Both the position numbers and the translations under genes were made by a program. Shown in pieces: positions 10,201-19,700 of a stretch of 64,000 nucleotides of DNA (its first letter is position 1; each line of letters starts with the position of its first letter). The stretch covers positions 688,755-752,754 of the forward strand of contig RHPI01002438.1 of NCBI GenBank assembly GCA_009103225.1, given 5' to 3'. The notes under the pieces are model-generated. The model searched no databases. It was not told where the DNA came from and saw only the letters and a program-made list of their open reading frames with translations. The stretch comes from Chlorokybus atmophyticus. Taxonomy: Eukaryota; Plantae; Mesostigma and Chlorokybus algae.

Positions 10201-11854
10201 CAAGCATCTGCCGCAGTCTGATGCCTTCTTGCCGATGCAGCATGGTTGCTTGTCGCAACAGAGCAGTGCGTAGTTGTTGCTCTCCAACCAGTCCTGCTCC
10301 ATCTCTTTGTGTACACCCTTGTGGTGTAAGGTAGCCCCTCCCTGGCTCCCTTTGGTCCTCAGGTAGATCCTCCACCAGCGCAGGCAGCAACGGGGCGATC
10401 ACCCCCCTGGTTTGTTGAGCCAACGCCCTCGCTTGGTCAGAGTTGGTCTCGACGAAGAGCGGAGTGGTGCTGGAGGATGGACCAGCAGTTGGTGACTGAG
10501 GTATTGGTGCACGTGTAGCTTCAAGAGCTTGTTCACGTGCAGCAATGGCGGCAGCTTGATCCTGTCGCCAATGATATGCTTGTTCCAGTGCGTGGTAGCG
10601 CTGATGAAGACGAGCGGTTGTAGGAGGTCCGAGTGCTTCATCAGTGCCCAAAGGCAGGTCGGCTGCGTCGGCGATTCGCTGCTGGATGGCGTCTCGGCGG
10701 TCCCGATACGTGTCCAACGGGCTGGGTTCAAAGGTGGTGGTTGGCATGCGTGCAGGCTGGCGCGGGGCGGTCTGCATGTTGTTGTGCAACGCCCAGAACA
10801 GCTGCAGAGCCAACTCCAACACTACAGGTGGGCTGTAGCTGATCAAAAACACCCTGTCACGCATCGGAGGTGCAGTGCCAGCAAGGATCTCATCTTCTAA
10901 CTGGTGTTGAGTGAGTGCTGGAAGGGTGTGAACCTCTGGTAGCGGGAAGACGCGATCATCGCGGGCGACACGCGTGGTGCGCTCCCCCCCCCGACCGAAG
11001 GCGATGGTAGTGGGGTCTGCTCCGCGCAGGATGGTTTCCCATGCTCGTTCAGCTTGCTGACCAGTTGGGACAGCCTGAGTGACGTCGAGAGCGGGCAGAG
11101 TGGCTGCGCGCGTCGCTGCAGAGACAGCGGGCTCGACGATGGCCATTGTGGCAGTTGCGACGGTATCGGTCAGTGGTGCGAGAGTTGTCTCAACGCCTAC
11201 GGACAGAGGCGCTGCTGCAGTGGGAAGTGCACCGCCCACTGGTGCAGATTCGGTAGTGATGGCGGCTGCTGCCAGTGTGCTCACCAGCGTCGGCGTCACG
11301 GTGCCCACCGGTGTACCAGGTCGTGGTGCAACTGGAGTGGATAATGCTGACGTTGATGGAGTCGACGTTGTAGCCGGTGTGGCTGTTGCTGCGGAGGCAG
11401 CACCACAGGTGGCTTCAGAGGAGGTGCCTGCTGATGTTGTTGCAGCTTCCCCTCGTGCTCGTCGTGATGGTTGCACGCGGGACGGAGTGTTCCTGTCTCT
11501 CTCGCGTTTTGCAGCCATCAGCGCCCATCGGGCCGTGTAGCAGGCGCGGTAGTCCTGCTCCTTGTCTTCCTCCAAGCGTGCCATACGCGCCATGAGGGCT
11601 GCCATATGGTCATCAGCTGGTGGGTTGGCTGAAGCCTTGGCGGCAACAGCAGCAGCGCGCGGACGTGTCTCTGGTCCCTTACGCTGAGGAGGTCTGTTCT
11701 TCCCCCTGTAGCCTTGCTCTTCCTTGCGAGCACTGGCATTGTTGTTGTTGTTACTGCCACCAGCGTTGTTGCTGTTGTGGGCTCCAGTGTTGTTGCTATT
11801 GTAGCCACTGAAGTGGTTGCCAGTGTGGCCCAGTGTTGTTGCTGTTATAGCCAC
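4250..11854 (-). CDS. pol: Pol polyprotein (2534 aa): unknown N-terminal region, aspartic protease, C5 DNA methyltransferase, reverse transcriptase, RNase H, integrase, PHD finger
   Basis: Protease VMLDTGA (DTG at 9239-9247). RT LDMRQGYNQI, MPFGLKNAPAKFQR, YIDD (6761-6772). RNase H HTDWS...YEGECLA...TDHQPL. Integrase H-x3-GH...C-x2-C (HTELGH...CQQC), WGLDILG, TDQGTEF, GLAERTVQTIK. C-terminal CEKC...LCDGC...HCYC. Confidence 0.97.
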   Translation of the reverse strand: MAITATTLGHTGNHFSGYNSNNTGAHNSNNAGGSNNNNNASARKEEQGYRGKNRPPQRKGPETRPRAAAVAAKASANPPADDHMAALMARMARLEEDKEQDYRACYTARWALMAAKRERDRNTPSRVQPSRRARGEAATTSAGTSSEATCGAASAATATPATTSTPSTSALSTPVAPRPGTPVGTVTPTLVSTLAAAAITTESAPVGGALPTAAAPLSVGVETTLAPLTDTVATATMAIVEPAVSAATRAATLPALDVTQAVPTGQQAERAWETILRGADPTTIAFGRGGERTTRVARDDRVFPLPEVHTLPALTQHQLEDEILAGTAPPMRDRVFLISYSPPVVLELALQLFWALHNNMQTAPRQPARMPTTTFEPSPLDTYRDRRDAIQQRIADAADLPLGTDEALGPPTTARLHQRYHALEQAYHWRQDQAAAIAAREQALEATRAPIPQSPTAGPSSSTTPLFVETNSDQARALAQQTRGVIAPLLPALVEDLPEDQREPGRGYLTPQGCTQRDGAGLVGEQQLRTALLRQATMLHRQEGIRLRQMLGMRDNGNAARARLVTWLVTNHPAVPLFAFGARIAWVDAFLRSIRQAYDEVASAATDTLEGALEAILSLPGVEAGRQRRRIATAYEQHVQQPETRLTVRTRAITVLEVGVVNGRWDAYMAGILRVPTITHDMRARLLRAVYLQPMPQNHRYIDVDNNATATWEGTLVREAAHAVRWTYAEEQAAREAVPQTPGPPGFPPQPLATPPGMTTAAQRVNPPAPPLGQVAAAPPVPRPPRVYQQPRQGRFGQSRGQGGPQDPSGRGALAALRSGPADENKATVSPRKRFRRFKRLRINANAAMIANQGKHVTVNGRAPKRVMLDTGAQPVIIGRYLARDLGITSAELLPCPYQLDTATGNRDKVLGLTKQAVSIRLTGLNPSHSTEIVQRCVVTDAGSFDLLLGQDCNFPVGMGLDCWTEQAWFRPHWDEDDGEEQGFLPLELVAKDRSQRRSAAAATYSLTKSSRVPRARTQPRTTATSSSPSLNAEEDSPTPYDESQETVTKEVAFQEPSERRWRAQVAAHMLLTRPQLTAHFPAYKDQATVQKQYHIATGVVEFHMFRRQQGITVLELFGGIVSGLAAVLNTGTTVTKYLYCDPDPHAQEALSHHLRQLHQRYPQQLPLSALQGSQKALPQDIRWITKDHLQAVGNIDLLIAGWECQGHSRAGRGQGLSDPRSQLFWELMRVIKLLQISQIARPLGYIIENVHSEDDKRHHVAKAYRQVCSLLGHPLKINAARYGSRAHRVRTKWTNLAIVEDLFLAEYLYSNRPRNLVVDDILDPGRTAQPVTRLDHHHFYQCNQPGQPRRALPTLVSHPGSYAFRNAGDGMVLDSNTGRLEEPNARERERAMGFFPSSIAGSTLTTSQQCQLLGRAMDQSSMVWYLEMCFALQDRHVSFQELEHLAGGWIARFSETKAAHTALETAHMEEQAAVTVEDIPVVANATSWSHAIGPLATGQTREQLEALLNKWRSQFSFSVKELSICSAYQMDIELVDTEPVFRRQYRLSKLEEDLVEQRCKALLEAGLIEESTSDFAAATVMPLKKDSAGNWTDRRMCGDYRPLNNKTKQDRYPMPTAEGIFDDVGDCTVYSILDMRQGYNQIAIKEEDKHKTSFWGNRQLYQWKVMPFGLKNAPAKFQRVMDKALKGLDFARCYIDDILIFSHSNEEHLQHIEEVLQRLKEVGMTVHPDKCTFFTHKVPYLGHMIVPHGVYVQQAKVEALVAIPAPTDLTRLRAFLGLANYYRRFVKDFAKIARPLNELLKKDTEFLWKEAQQEAFQELKLRLTTAPILQRPDYTRSFILHTDWSKLGMGAVLVQHDNNKKERVVSYASRSNNSAEANYSSYEGECLAAVWAISFFRPFLFGRQFQLVTDHQPLKWLMNNQHLTGKLARWALLLQEYDFEVEHRAGLANQDADGLSRNPHLSTNDATGARHELGPTAAPSGVATMFAVAALRSGRRTQIAEAAADGDMPALEPAITTTDPLSEEAIAADPEVDDEELAPTDTRQDIWLDEPSLALLQTGQLPAGMSAREKDRVRQRTQRYRWANDRLYRRIQDADQEVPTPAAREGIISSLHTELGHFGVKRTVSLVRTQYWWYGVHRQVREFVSNCQQCDMVRASLNTRNATLHPLPISGLFYRWGLDILGDLAPSARGNRYILVMIEHFSKWVELVPLPDKSSEGVAQAFLSHVLGRFGSCAEVITDQGTEFRGAFDKLIDRCFIDHRRTSRDHPQADGLAERTVQTIKKALRKYVLAYEKNTWDDHLPWVAMGYRLSKQAALREYSPYYLLFGRQPLLPFRAQQEVDRVVDNLDNPDEMLYDLTVRSALFEHTVPMAFNNLRIAQHRDTLRYERVRSGFYKERERRFESGDFVYRMASTRDTLDTSVGRAVYKVLKVHPTGVLDLLGQRGERMKDNMVNCAPCHLPYIAGFTQIQHPRPLRSTRCEKCGSADDDPLMMLCDGCNQGMHCYCLDLRWTQYPCGNTGAMTAASTVPHTVGRN
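4287..4420 (-). other. PHD finger (C4HC3) at Pol C-terminus; last C-x2-C pair out of frame by a 1-nt deletion
   Basis: In frame: CEKCGSADDDPLMMLCDGCNQGMHCYCLD. Adding one C near 4333 restores PPLDAVPLWEYWCDDC, the canonical PHD end. Confidence 0.85.
7570..8525 (-). other. Dnmt3-like C5 cytosine DNA methyltransferase domain embedded in-frame in Pol
   Basis: Motif I ITVLELFGGIVSGL; motif IV IDLLIAGWECQGHSRAG (8233-8251); RSQLFWE; motif VI IIENV (about 8102-8115); motif VIII INAARYGSRAHRVRTKWTN (cf. Dnmt3 IDA..VSAAHRARYFWGN); motifs IX/X ERERAMGF...LLGRAMD. Order and spacing match a C5-MTase catalytic domain. Confidence 0.9.
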
Positions 11855-13307
11855 TGAAGTTGTTGGCAGGGTGGTTGTAGCTGTTGGCGGGCCTCAACTC
11901 TGGGAACTTGAGCCAGCAGACTGACTCCAGATGACCAATCTTGTGACAGTGGTCGCAAACCAAAGTTGAGTATTCTTCGGTGCACTCCTTTTGGTAGTGC
12001 CCATGCCGTCCACAGCGATGACACAGCACAGGGGCAGCAAGTGCAGCATGAGCTGACCGTTTCCCTTTGTCGCGTGCTGGTGGAGCGTCCCGGCCACGGT
12101 CGCGGCGAGGAGGCTCAGTTGTCGTGCTGACTACAGGCCGTACGGCGCTGCGGTTGGTGTCCAGCACTGCCTTCTCATACACCAAGCGCTTGTGGATGGC
12201 TTGTGCAGTCTCGAAGGCTTCTTTGAGGGTGTAGCCAAGGGGCCTGCTGTAGTTCAGAGTCAGGCGTGTCGACTCGCTCAGAGCAGCATCCAACTCATTG
12301 ACGTATATTACTGCAGCAGCCTCCTCACTGACAATCTTGTAGTCAGTGTCCTTCAGCAGACCTTCCAGTCTGGAGTATAAGCGGAGGGGATCGTCATTGG
12401 GCTTGCATCGGAAGCGTCTCAGCTCCTCAACCTTGCTGGTGGTCTGAGGAGGGAAGGTACGGCGCAGGGCAGCGTACAGGTCCTTGAGTGGAGAATCAGA
12501 GATGGCAGCACCTACGGTGATGGCTGGTGCGCGCAGTGCTACTGACCCGAGGGTGAAAGCGCTGCCTCCTGCACGAGAGCCAGGTGTTGCTGGAGGTAGA
12601 GGAGTACCCCACTCTGCGGCTGCCGCTTGCTGTACAGCTCTTTGTTCCTCAATGATGCTGGCAGAACGGTCGAGGATGCGGACTCGACGTGTGGCCTCCT
12701 TGGACTCAACTTCTGCAGGGGTCGAGTTGACAAGTACCAACTCTGATTCCTCCTCCTCTGCCTGCTTGAGAGCTGCAGCTATGGTCAAGCCTGTTACTGC
12801 AGCTGAAGTGACAGGTGGAATGACACCTGCTGGACGGTGCAGGGCTGCAGATGCTATGGTGCTGGCAAGCTCGCCATAGCCGTCTACTCGATGCAGTTCA
12901 GCAACGGACTTCCAGACATCGTGTGCTTCATGATCAAGATACTGAGCAGCAATGTGGAAAGAGATCTCATCTGACCAGTCTTTGTTCTTCAGAGCTTGCT
13001 GCCGCATCTTGGAGTGGAACTTGATGATGAACTCATCCAGCGAGGTGGTGCCGGCACGTCCGGAGAAGCGCAGGGATGTGGTTGAACTGGAAGACTCCAT
13101 CTCGTTGTCGTCGCTGTCCGATGATAGTGGAGAAGCTGGATGACGAGGAGTAGAGTGGAGCGGGGTGAAGCTGGAGATGGAGCGCGAGCCTCTGCTGCTG
13201 CGGTCGATGCTTCCGTCACTGGTCCGCTCGTAGGTGAGATTGGTGGTTGGGCTCCAACTGCTGAGGTCACCCTCGTCTATTGGGGAGAACGGGGTGGGCC
13301 TGCTCAT
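11796..13307 (-). CDS. gag: Gag (503 aa) with capsid-like helices and two CCHC zinc knuckles
   Basis: FSGRAG..LDEFI..F...YLDHEAHDVW and LYAALRRTF...ELRRFRCKPNDDPLRLYSRL capsid-like segments. CHRCGRHGHYQKEC and CDHCHKIGHLESVC knuckles. Directly upstream of pol and overlapping it. Confidence 0.92.
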   Translation of the reverse strand: MSRPTPFSPIDEGDLSSWSPTTNLTYERTSDGSIDRSSRGSRSISSFTPLHSTPRHPASPLSSDSDDNEMESSSSTTSLRFSGRAGTTSLDEFIIKFHSKMRQQALKNKDWSDEISFHIAAQYLDHEAHDVWKSVAELHRVDGYGELASTIASAALHRPAGVIPPVTSAAVTGLTIAAALKQAEEEESELVLVNSTPAEVESKEATRRVRILDRSASIIEEQRAVQQAAAAEWGTPLPPATPGSRAGGSAFTLGSVALRAPAITVGAAISDSPLKDLYAALRRTFPPQTTSKVEELRRFRCKPNDDPLRLYSRLEGLLKDTDYKIVSEEAAAVIYVNELDAALSESTRLTLNYSRPLGYTLKEAFETAQAIHKRLVYEKAVLDTNRSAVRPVVSTTTEPPRRDRGRDAPPARDKGKRSAHAALAAPVLCHRCGRHGHYQKECTEEYSTLVCDHCHKIGHLESVCWLKFPELRPANSYNHPANNFSGYNSNNTGPHWQPLQWLQ

Positions 13308-13357
13308 ACAGCTGGTCCAGAGGTGAAAGGGTAGAGTGCTTGTGCTCTACCGTCTAT

Positions 13358-13373
13358 CCTGATGCTGTTACCA
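13358..13373 (-). promoter_or_regulatory. Degenerate primer-binding-site-like sequence
   Basis: TGGTAACAGCATCAGG about 50 nt upstream of the gag ATG; 12/16 match to the plant tRNA-iMet PBS TGGTATCAGAGCCAGG. Not preceded by an LTR-ending CA. Confidence 0.4.
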
Positions 13374-16300
13374 CCCAACACACTAGTGCTTGTGCGCACT
13401 ATGTGATGACAATGATAACGAATGCCCAGCGATGTATCCCTGGGTGCAGACTGAACTATCTGATGCAGATTGCAACACACTCACTTGTGCAAAGAGGGTG
13501 ACACTGTAAGTCAACAAGCCACTACGATAGGTAGTGCTGTGGACACAGTTCTTTGCATGAGTGGATAGAATGATACACTGTTAAGTGAGGTGAATGAGTG
13601 TGCAACACGTGGATGCAACACCCTGACTACTGAAACAACACACCACCGTCAAGCTCACAGCAATGGCAGGCACAGCGCACAAGAGCATGCACCGTGTCTC
13701 ACGCAGTAAGGGAATTCTTGGCAACCGGGGCAGCGTGCTTCCAGTTCAAGTCGCTTCACAAGCTCTTTAGACACAGAGTCTTTACTTCGTAGTACTCCTA
13801 GTACTCACAGTACTCACTTACAGTGTCACCAGCCAGTCTGGTGACGTGACTTCCTACTTATACATGTCAAATCATGACTGTGCAGTGCCACGCGGGCACT
13901 AGGCCAACGGTCACATCGAGGCCTCATGCTATTTCGGAAATCTCCTAAGACTTGATATAGCACATGTGTTCTTAACAGACTTGCAACTGATCAGCTACGC
14001 GCGGTCCCTACAGACAGGTCTATAAAGTAGCCCTAGCTACATGCTACATGAGTGATACAGTAGCTAGCAGTAGGCTGGGGCTCGCGCGGTCTTCATGCTG
14101 GTAGCCCGGGCGTGGGGCTGGGTGTAGACATGCTTGAGAAGAACTGGCATGCGAGGGTAGATGGCATGACAAATTGCACATTAATGCATATCTGATTTGA
14201 TATTATCGCAGCAGCGGCGCAACTCTATGCTATTGTGCTCAACTTGCTGCGCCGAAAATCCAGATTCATGTAACAGTCAGCACACACATTTGCTTAGGTA
14301 TTATTAAACTTTTATACATGAAGATACAAACTATTTACATGCGCCTCGCATCAAGCAATATTTTCTTATTTCATCCATGTCGTATTGCAGCAGCAAAGCC
14401 TATGCATCCATTCGTAGCAGTTTTAATTCTTAACATATAAATAAATAAAAATTTTGGGTTTTCGTACTGATTACAACAAAACAGTTGGCCATACAATAAT
14501 TATCAAGCAGAGTGTGAATATGTCCTCCCTACCACATGCCGTTCACATTGTTTGTATTACCCTGCTTAATCACGCACCGTGCAATATGACAACGCAAGTT
14601 TTTGGCATGTAGTTGATAAGAAAACGTTTTCGCAAAGGCATGCGTAAACAAACAGGAATGCCATCGAAGTCATTCTTATAATTGGCCATTTTTAACCTAC
14701 CCTCGAGAAGCTAAGTGCACCTATACTTGTACAACGAGTAAGAAGCGCTCGTCTGTATGTTGGGTGTGCGAGTCGTTTGGTAGTGCCATGATAGACATAC
14801 GTGCATTGATTTATGAGTAATAAGTGAAGCATGCATGAGTTGGGATTATAGCATACATAATGCAGTCCCAAGTTGTTTGTGAATGTCAAGTGCAATGCAT
14901 AACACGAGCTAGCATTGGTAAAAGACGCTTCGTTCACATACGGAGCACGTTAGGAGTGTATTGTGCATGGAGTGGAGTGCAAGATAAAATTTTATAAATT
15001 CAAATTTAATTATGTAATCGACTTTCATGTTTACGTGTTCAACTTCCGGCGCACGCTGTTGTTGGGCAAGCAGCCGATAGGTCTTAGCTAGTGATGAGCG
15101 AGTGGTATGTAGCACGACAATGTTGTCACTTTGTACACTTATTAATGAGTATAGGGCAAAGTTCGTGTTATGTCATGCACAACTACGTCATGCATACAGG
15201 CAGTATCTTCGTGCAATCAGCTTTTAGCACAGTCTGCTAGCTTCTGATGGAAGTTTAAGGTGTTTCTGCAAGCTTCCTTCCCTGTGGTTTACATGATTGA
15301 CAAATAGCTATGATAATTGCCTACCGTATGCACCATACGTATGCAAGTACATAGCATGTACTCTGAGCACCCTTTCCTTTCATAAGACTTTCAGGAAGCG
15401 AAAGGGAGCGAGAAGGAAGTCAAGTTAGAAAAATCACAATACCCAAGCCAATGCGCAACGGTAGTGGGGCAGGCAATGGCAGCGGGCAGCAATGGCTCGG
15501 CCAACTTGCGGATAAGGCAGGCAAGTATGCTTGGCAGGCTGATTGTGTAAACTTCATGCTTAAGACACAAGTGTTTGCAGCTCCGCATTTAATTTGGACA
15601 TGTAATTTGTAGGCTGTATTACAAGCTGTGCTCACAATAATAATCAACAGATGTTGGCATTGTTGCGACGTCACATGGTATGGTCTATGATGTGGAAGGG
15701 TCAAGAAAGCTGCTTAACGCCGTTTGTCAAATGCAGCTCTGCACACATAACAATAACCTTCTGTTATGCAGCTAAGGGTTTAATTAGCACCATGTATCAA
15801 GCTTCGACCAAGCTTTGTACTCCAAGGAGCATAACATTGCACATGGAGTGCGGCAACGTCGTGCGGGGAACTGCATGCTGCGCGCCAATGGGGCAACCTT
15901 ATCAACACACAACCACAAGTGCGGCGCAGAGTTGAGGTGGCAGCAAAAGTGCAATGGAGGAGGGAGGAAGGGCGAGTCCACCTCCTGCTGTGCTTGTCAT
16001 TATGGTGGGTGTTGCGATCAAGGCCGCTGACTATGGCGACATGTGCAGGTATAAGGCAAAGGCTGCAATGCATGCATGACCAACACGGGGGCGGGAGAGA
16101 TAGGGTGAGAGGTAGGAAGTTGGTAGCACACAGGCGCGTGCTAAACCGATGGTTGTATAAGAGATGACATGCTGCATTAGCCACGTGTGCATGTAGTGGT
16201 GAGTAACATGCAATGTTGTTGTCATGATTATTGCATGTCAAACGCATGCGCATATAAGCCACATCACATTGTACAGAAACCGCGAGAGGGGTATGCCCAT

Positions 16301-16763
16301 TCAGACCACACCACGCATGCACTTAGCAAAACATACTCACCTCGTTGCTACATACACCACCACTGGGCTACCTAGTCTACTCCTACACCTACATCTACGC
16401 CCCCCTGTTAGTCATGCATGCAAGCGTTGCAGTTGTGGTTACCTGCAGCAGCGCCACCTGGTTAGCGGCCTATTTGCAGCAGCACCAGCGGTCACAACAG
16501 CAGCAGGGTTTGGACTCCCCCTCCCTCCTTCCGTCTCCACACCCGCCCTCCTCCCGCCGTTTTGACGCTTTGCAGTCCGGTTGGCCGCAACTGCGTTGCT
16601 GCAGCCAGGGTCAGGGTTTGCGCCCATTGGCGCGCAGCATGCAGTCCCATGCACGGCATGCAGCACACTGCTGTCGCTGCGCTGCTGTGTATATACAAGC
16701 ACCTTAGGCACATCGTGTTGATGGTGAAACAGCCTGCTGGGAAAAACATAATGACCAGATTAA

Positions 16764-19700
16764 CTAAGCACCATGCACTTCAGCAACCAAGCCACGGCCA
16801 GTAGTCCTAAACTGCTCTACGACTGAAGCAAGATCAACCATGGGTAGCACATAAGGTGCTGCTTTGCCACTGTTGGTCTTTCTGCGTTTGGCTGGCGCTT
16901 CATCTTGCCCGCTTTCAGCCACAACAGAAACACGCTTGTACGCCTCTGGCCGCCACGTGACTCCGATCACATCACCACCATAGACATCGTAGTGAAATCT
17001 CGCTATTGACCCATAGCTAGCCTGCATAAGCACATGCTATGTGGTTGGTGTTGCAACATAATCATGGATGTTGAAAGAGAAACCATCAACCTACCACCAG
17101 CTTGTGCAGGTACTCGTGGACGGGGTCAAAGCCAACCAACAGAGCATCGCGCGCGGCTGCACCCTTGGCTAGTGCCGTGCGCGGCATGCGCCTGAGGTTG
17201 ATCTTGGGTTCCGCTTCACCATTCTGCATTGTGGACGCTAATGATGATGTTGAGAAAAGAGTCTGCTGCCAACGCGGGAGAGCCTCGCGGCGCAAGTGGA
17301 GAAGCGCGTCATACGAGACGAGTGGTGTGCGAAAGAGACGCAGCCATGCCTTGCCCGATATCTCATTGCGCTCAATCAGTTGCTGCAGAAGTTGTGATGA
17401 CGTGCGAGCATATGCGTTCAAGCGCTTTAACACATCTGTGTCGGGCCGATGGCGCGTCCACGAGTTGCTCTCCTTATCCTGTCCATAGCCGTTGCATATC
17501 AGACAAGATAAGCATGCGAACAACGCAGGACCTATACGAACAGCCACCATGCCTGCTTTTATGTGCGCAGCAATACCTGTGGCGTAGCTATAAACATAGC
17601 GGGCCCACCTCCCGGCAGCTTGCGCTTGATATCAAAGCGAGCCTGTCAAGTAGCAAAGCCATCGTGGTTACCAGAAGGTGAGTGTCGCTATGTACATGCA
17701 ATGTTGTGCCTGTGGCTAAAACCACACACGAACACGCGAGCACGCGCACACAAGTGCCCACACTGCACACACACGTGCACATGTGTGATAGCGCGCACAC
17801 AAATTTGCCTGTATGTGGGTTCGGTCATTGGCCGTCAACTCGCCATTCACATCAACAATAAGCGGGAATTGATGCCAGTCATGGCCGGTCAGCACCCTCA
17901 AGAATCGAATCAGCGCAGTGATACGTGACCGAGGCAGGCCAAACGGCTGCGGCTGTGTGAACACGCGCGCCATCAAGAGCTCCACTGCCTCCTCGCAGAC
18001 TTGGTTCCCAAACATGTGCGCTGAAACCCAGCGCTTGGCCAATCTGCAGGTTAAGAGTGTTCAGTTGAATGGATGAGATACAATTGCAGCAATGCAGGCC
18101 AGCAAAACAGGCCGACAACGCACACCTGACAGAAGGACCAAAAGCAGGGTACTGTCCATGAAGGCCTGACAGCTGGCTTGCGTGCACACTTCTGTGTCTC
18201 AAACTCTCCTCAAGCGCGGCTTGCTCGCTCTGCTGCTTGCGCTGCAGCGCTACTTCCTGTTCGCACAGTATGTGGACGCGGAAAGCAAACCCGTCATGGA
18301 AGACATCCAAGTATGGGTCTTGCGCCACGACGGTATGCATCCCAGCAGTTGCACGCAAGCTTTCGGCAATCTTGAGACAGAAGGCGGCTTTCATATGGCG
18401 CAGGGCCTCCGTGTCATTAGGCCACTTGCCGGATCCTTCCAACTCGAGCAACAACTCTATTGGGTGTACACAGAGTGGAACTGTTGAGCCATCCAACAGT
18501 TCATCGTGTAGCTTTCTTGAGCCGCCTCCGCCTCTAGCCAACGGGTGCGGTTGCGGCGGAAACACGTCCGCGTGCCTCAAGACTGCGCCGATACAACAAT
18601 ATTGTTATAACCCCACTTGCAAGCGGACTGCTGCTTTCACTCATAGCAAGCGAGTACTACTAACCTGCACTTAGTGGTTGCAGGCTCACAATCTTTAGAG
18701 GCAAGTCCGACAGGTTGCGCAGTTGCTTCGACAACTTATCGAAAGACTCTTGCACAATGGGTTCCACTGCGGAAGGGTCTTGCATACCATCCTTGCCAAG
18801 AAGCAACACTCTATCCAGCTGACCCGCAACCACATGGACGGCCGACTCATCCACGCTGAAGTGCCGCTGCAGGATGTGACGACACATCCTCTCAATAATG
18901 AGGTGCCTTTCACCTAGCGTAAGATATTGATAGATCAGACAATGGCAAAGTATACTTAAAACAAGCACACATATTAGAGCAGAGGTGTACACACTGACCT
19001 GCAGGGCACTCCCAGACTACAGACTCTGCAATCAGGCCATCTTTAAAGCGGCGAAGCTCAGCACGCGAGCCCCAAAAGTTCCTGAATGCCTTCGCCTCAG
19101 CCTTCTTGTCAGCAGCCGGCCCAATATCCACCAACCTGAGAGCCGCATCGCCCTCAGCTAAGACAATGCCCACGTCAATGGCGGGCTCAAGTGCTGGCAA
19201 CCCCTGTATGAAAGAGATAGTTGCTGAAGAGTGCGGATGGGACAAAGAGCCAGGTGTATGCGCACGCTTATGTATACCTTCTGGTTTGTGTCCCATGCAG
19301 GATTGGGCCTTGGAAAGACTCGCACAAAGGCCGCGCGGTCGGACAAGGCTTGCTTCAGTACTACTTCCACGCGGCGTTCTTGTTGGCGCCAAGTTGGCAC
19401 GTCCACACTGCCAAGCTCAATATTCTCCACAGGCAACAACACACTGCAAGAGAGTGTGATCCAATTGTGAGACGCGAGCTGACAGCATCACATCAGAACC
19501 ACAACAGCAAAAGGTAATGTAGGAAAGGCACCTCACGTGGTAATCAAACTTGAGGGCATATGAGACGGGCGTGAGGAATGTTGCCTCAAATGCTTCTTCA
19601 CCGCTGCCTTTGCGCTCGGAGTCCATCAGGTTCGCCAGCGTCGTCTTGGCTTCCCTCTTTAGATCCTGCACTGCCGTCTTGCTCACGTGCGCCGCCATGT

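Larger units (their letters stand above)
3972..14171 (-). mobile_element. Ty3/Gypsy-type retrotransposon, near full length, carrying a DNA cytosine methyltransferase and a PHD finger; atypical termini
   Basis: gag plus pol in PR-RT-RH-IN order (Gypsy). Ends TGTCGTGCC (3972) and GGCATGACA (14171) form an 8/9 inverted repeat, flanked by AATT (3968-3971 and 14172-14175). G-run polypurine tract just after the pol stop. Confidence 0.9.

Noticed and set aside
4279-11811. Many plus-strand and alternate-frame ORFs overlapping pol (e.g. 5357-5788, 7065-7598, 7254-7829, 11079-11540)
   Set aside because: Shadow ORFs of a GC-rich coding strand with no recognisable motifs.
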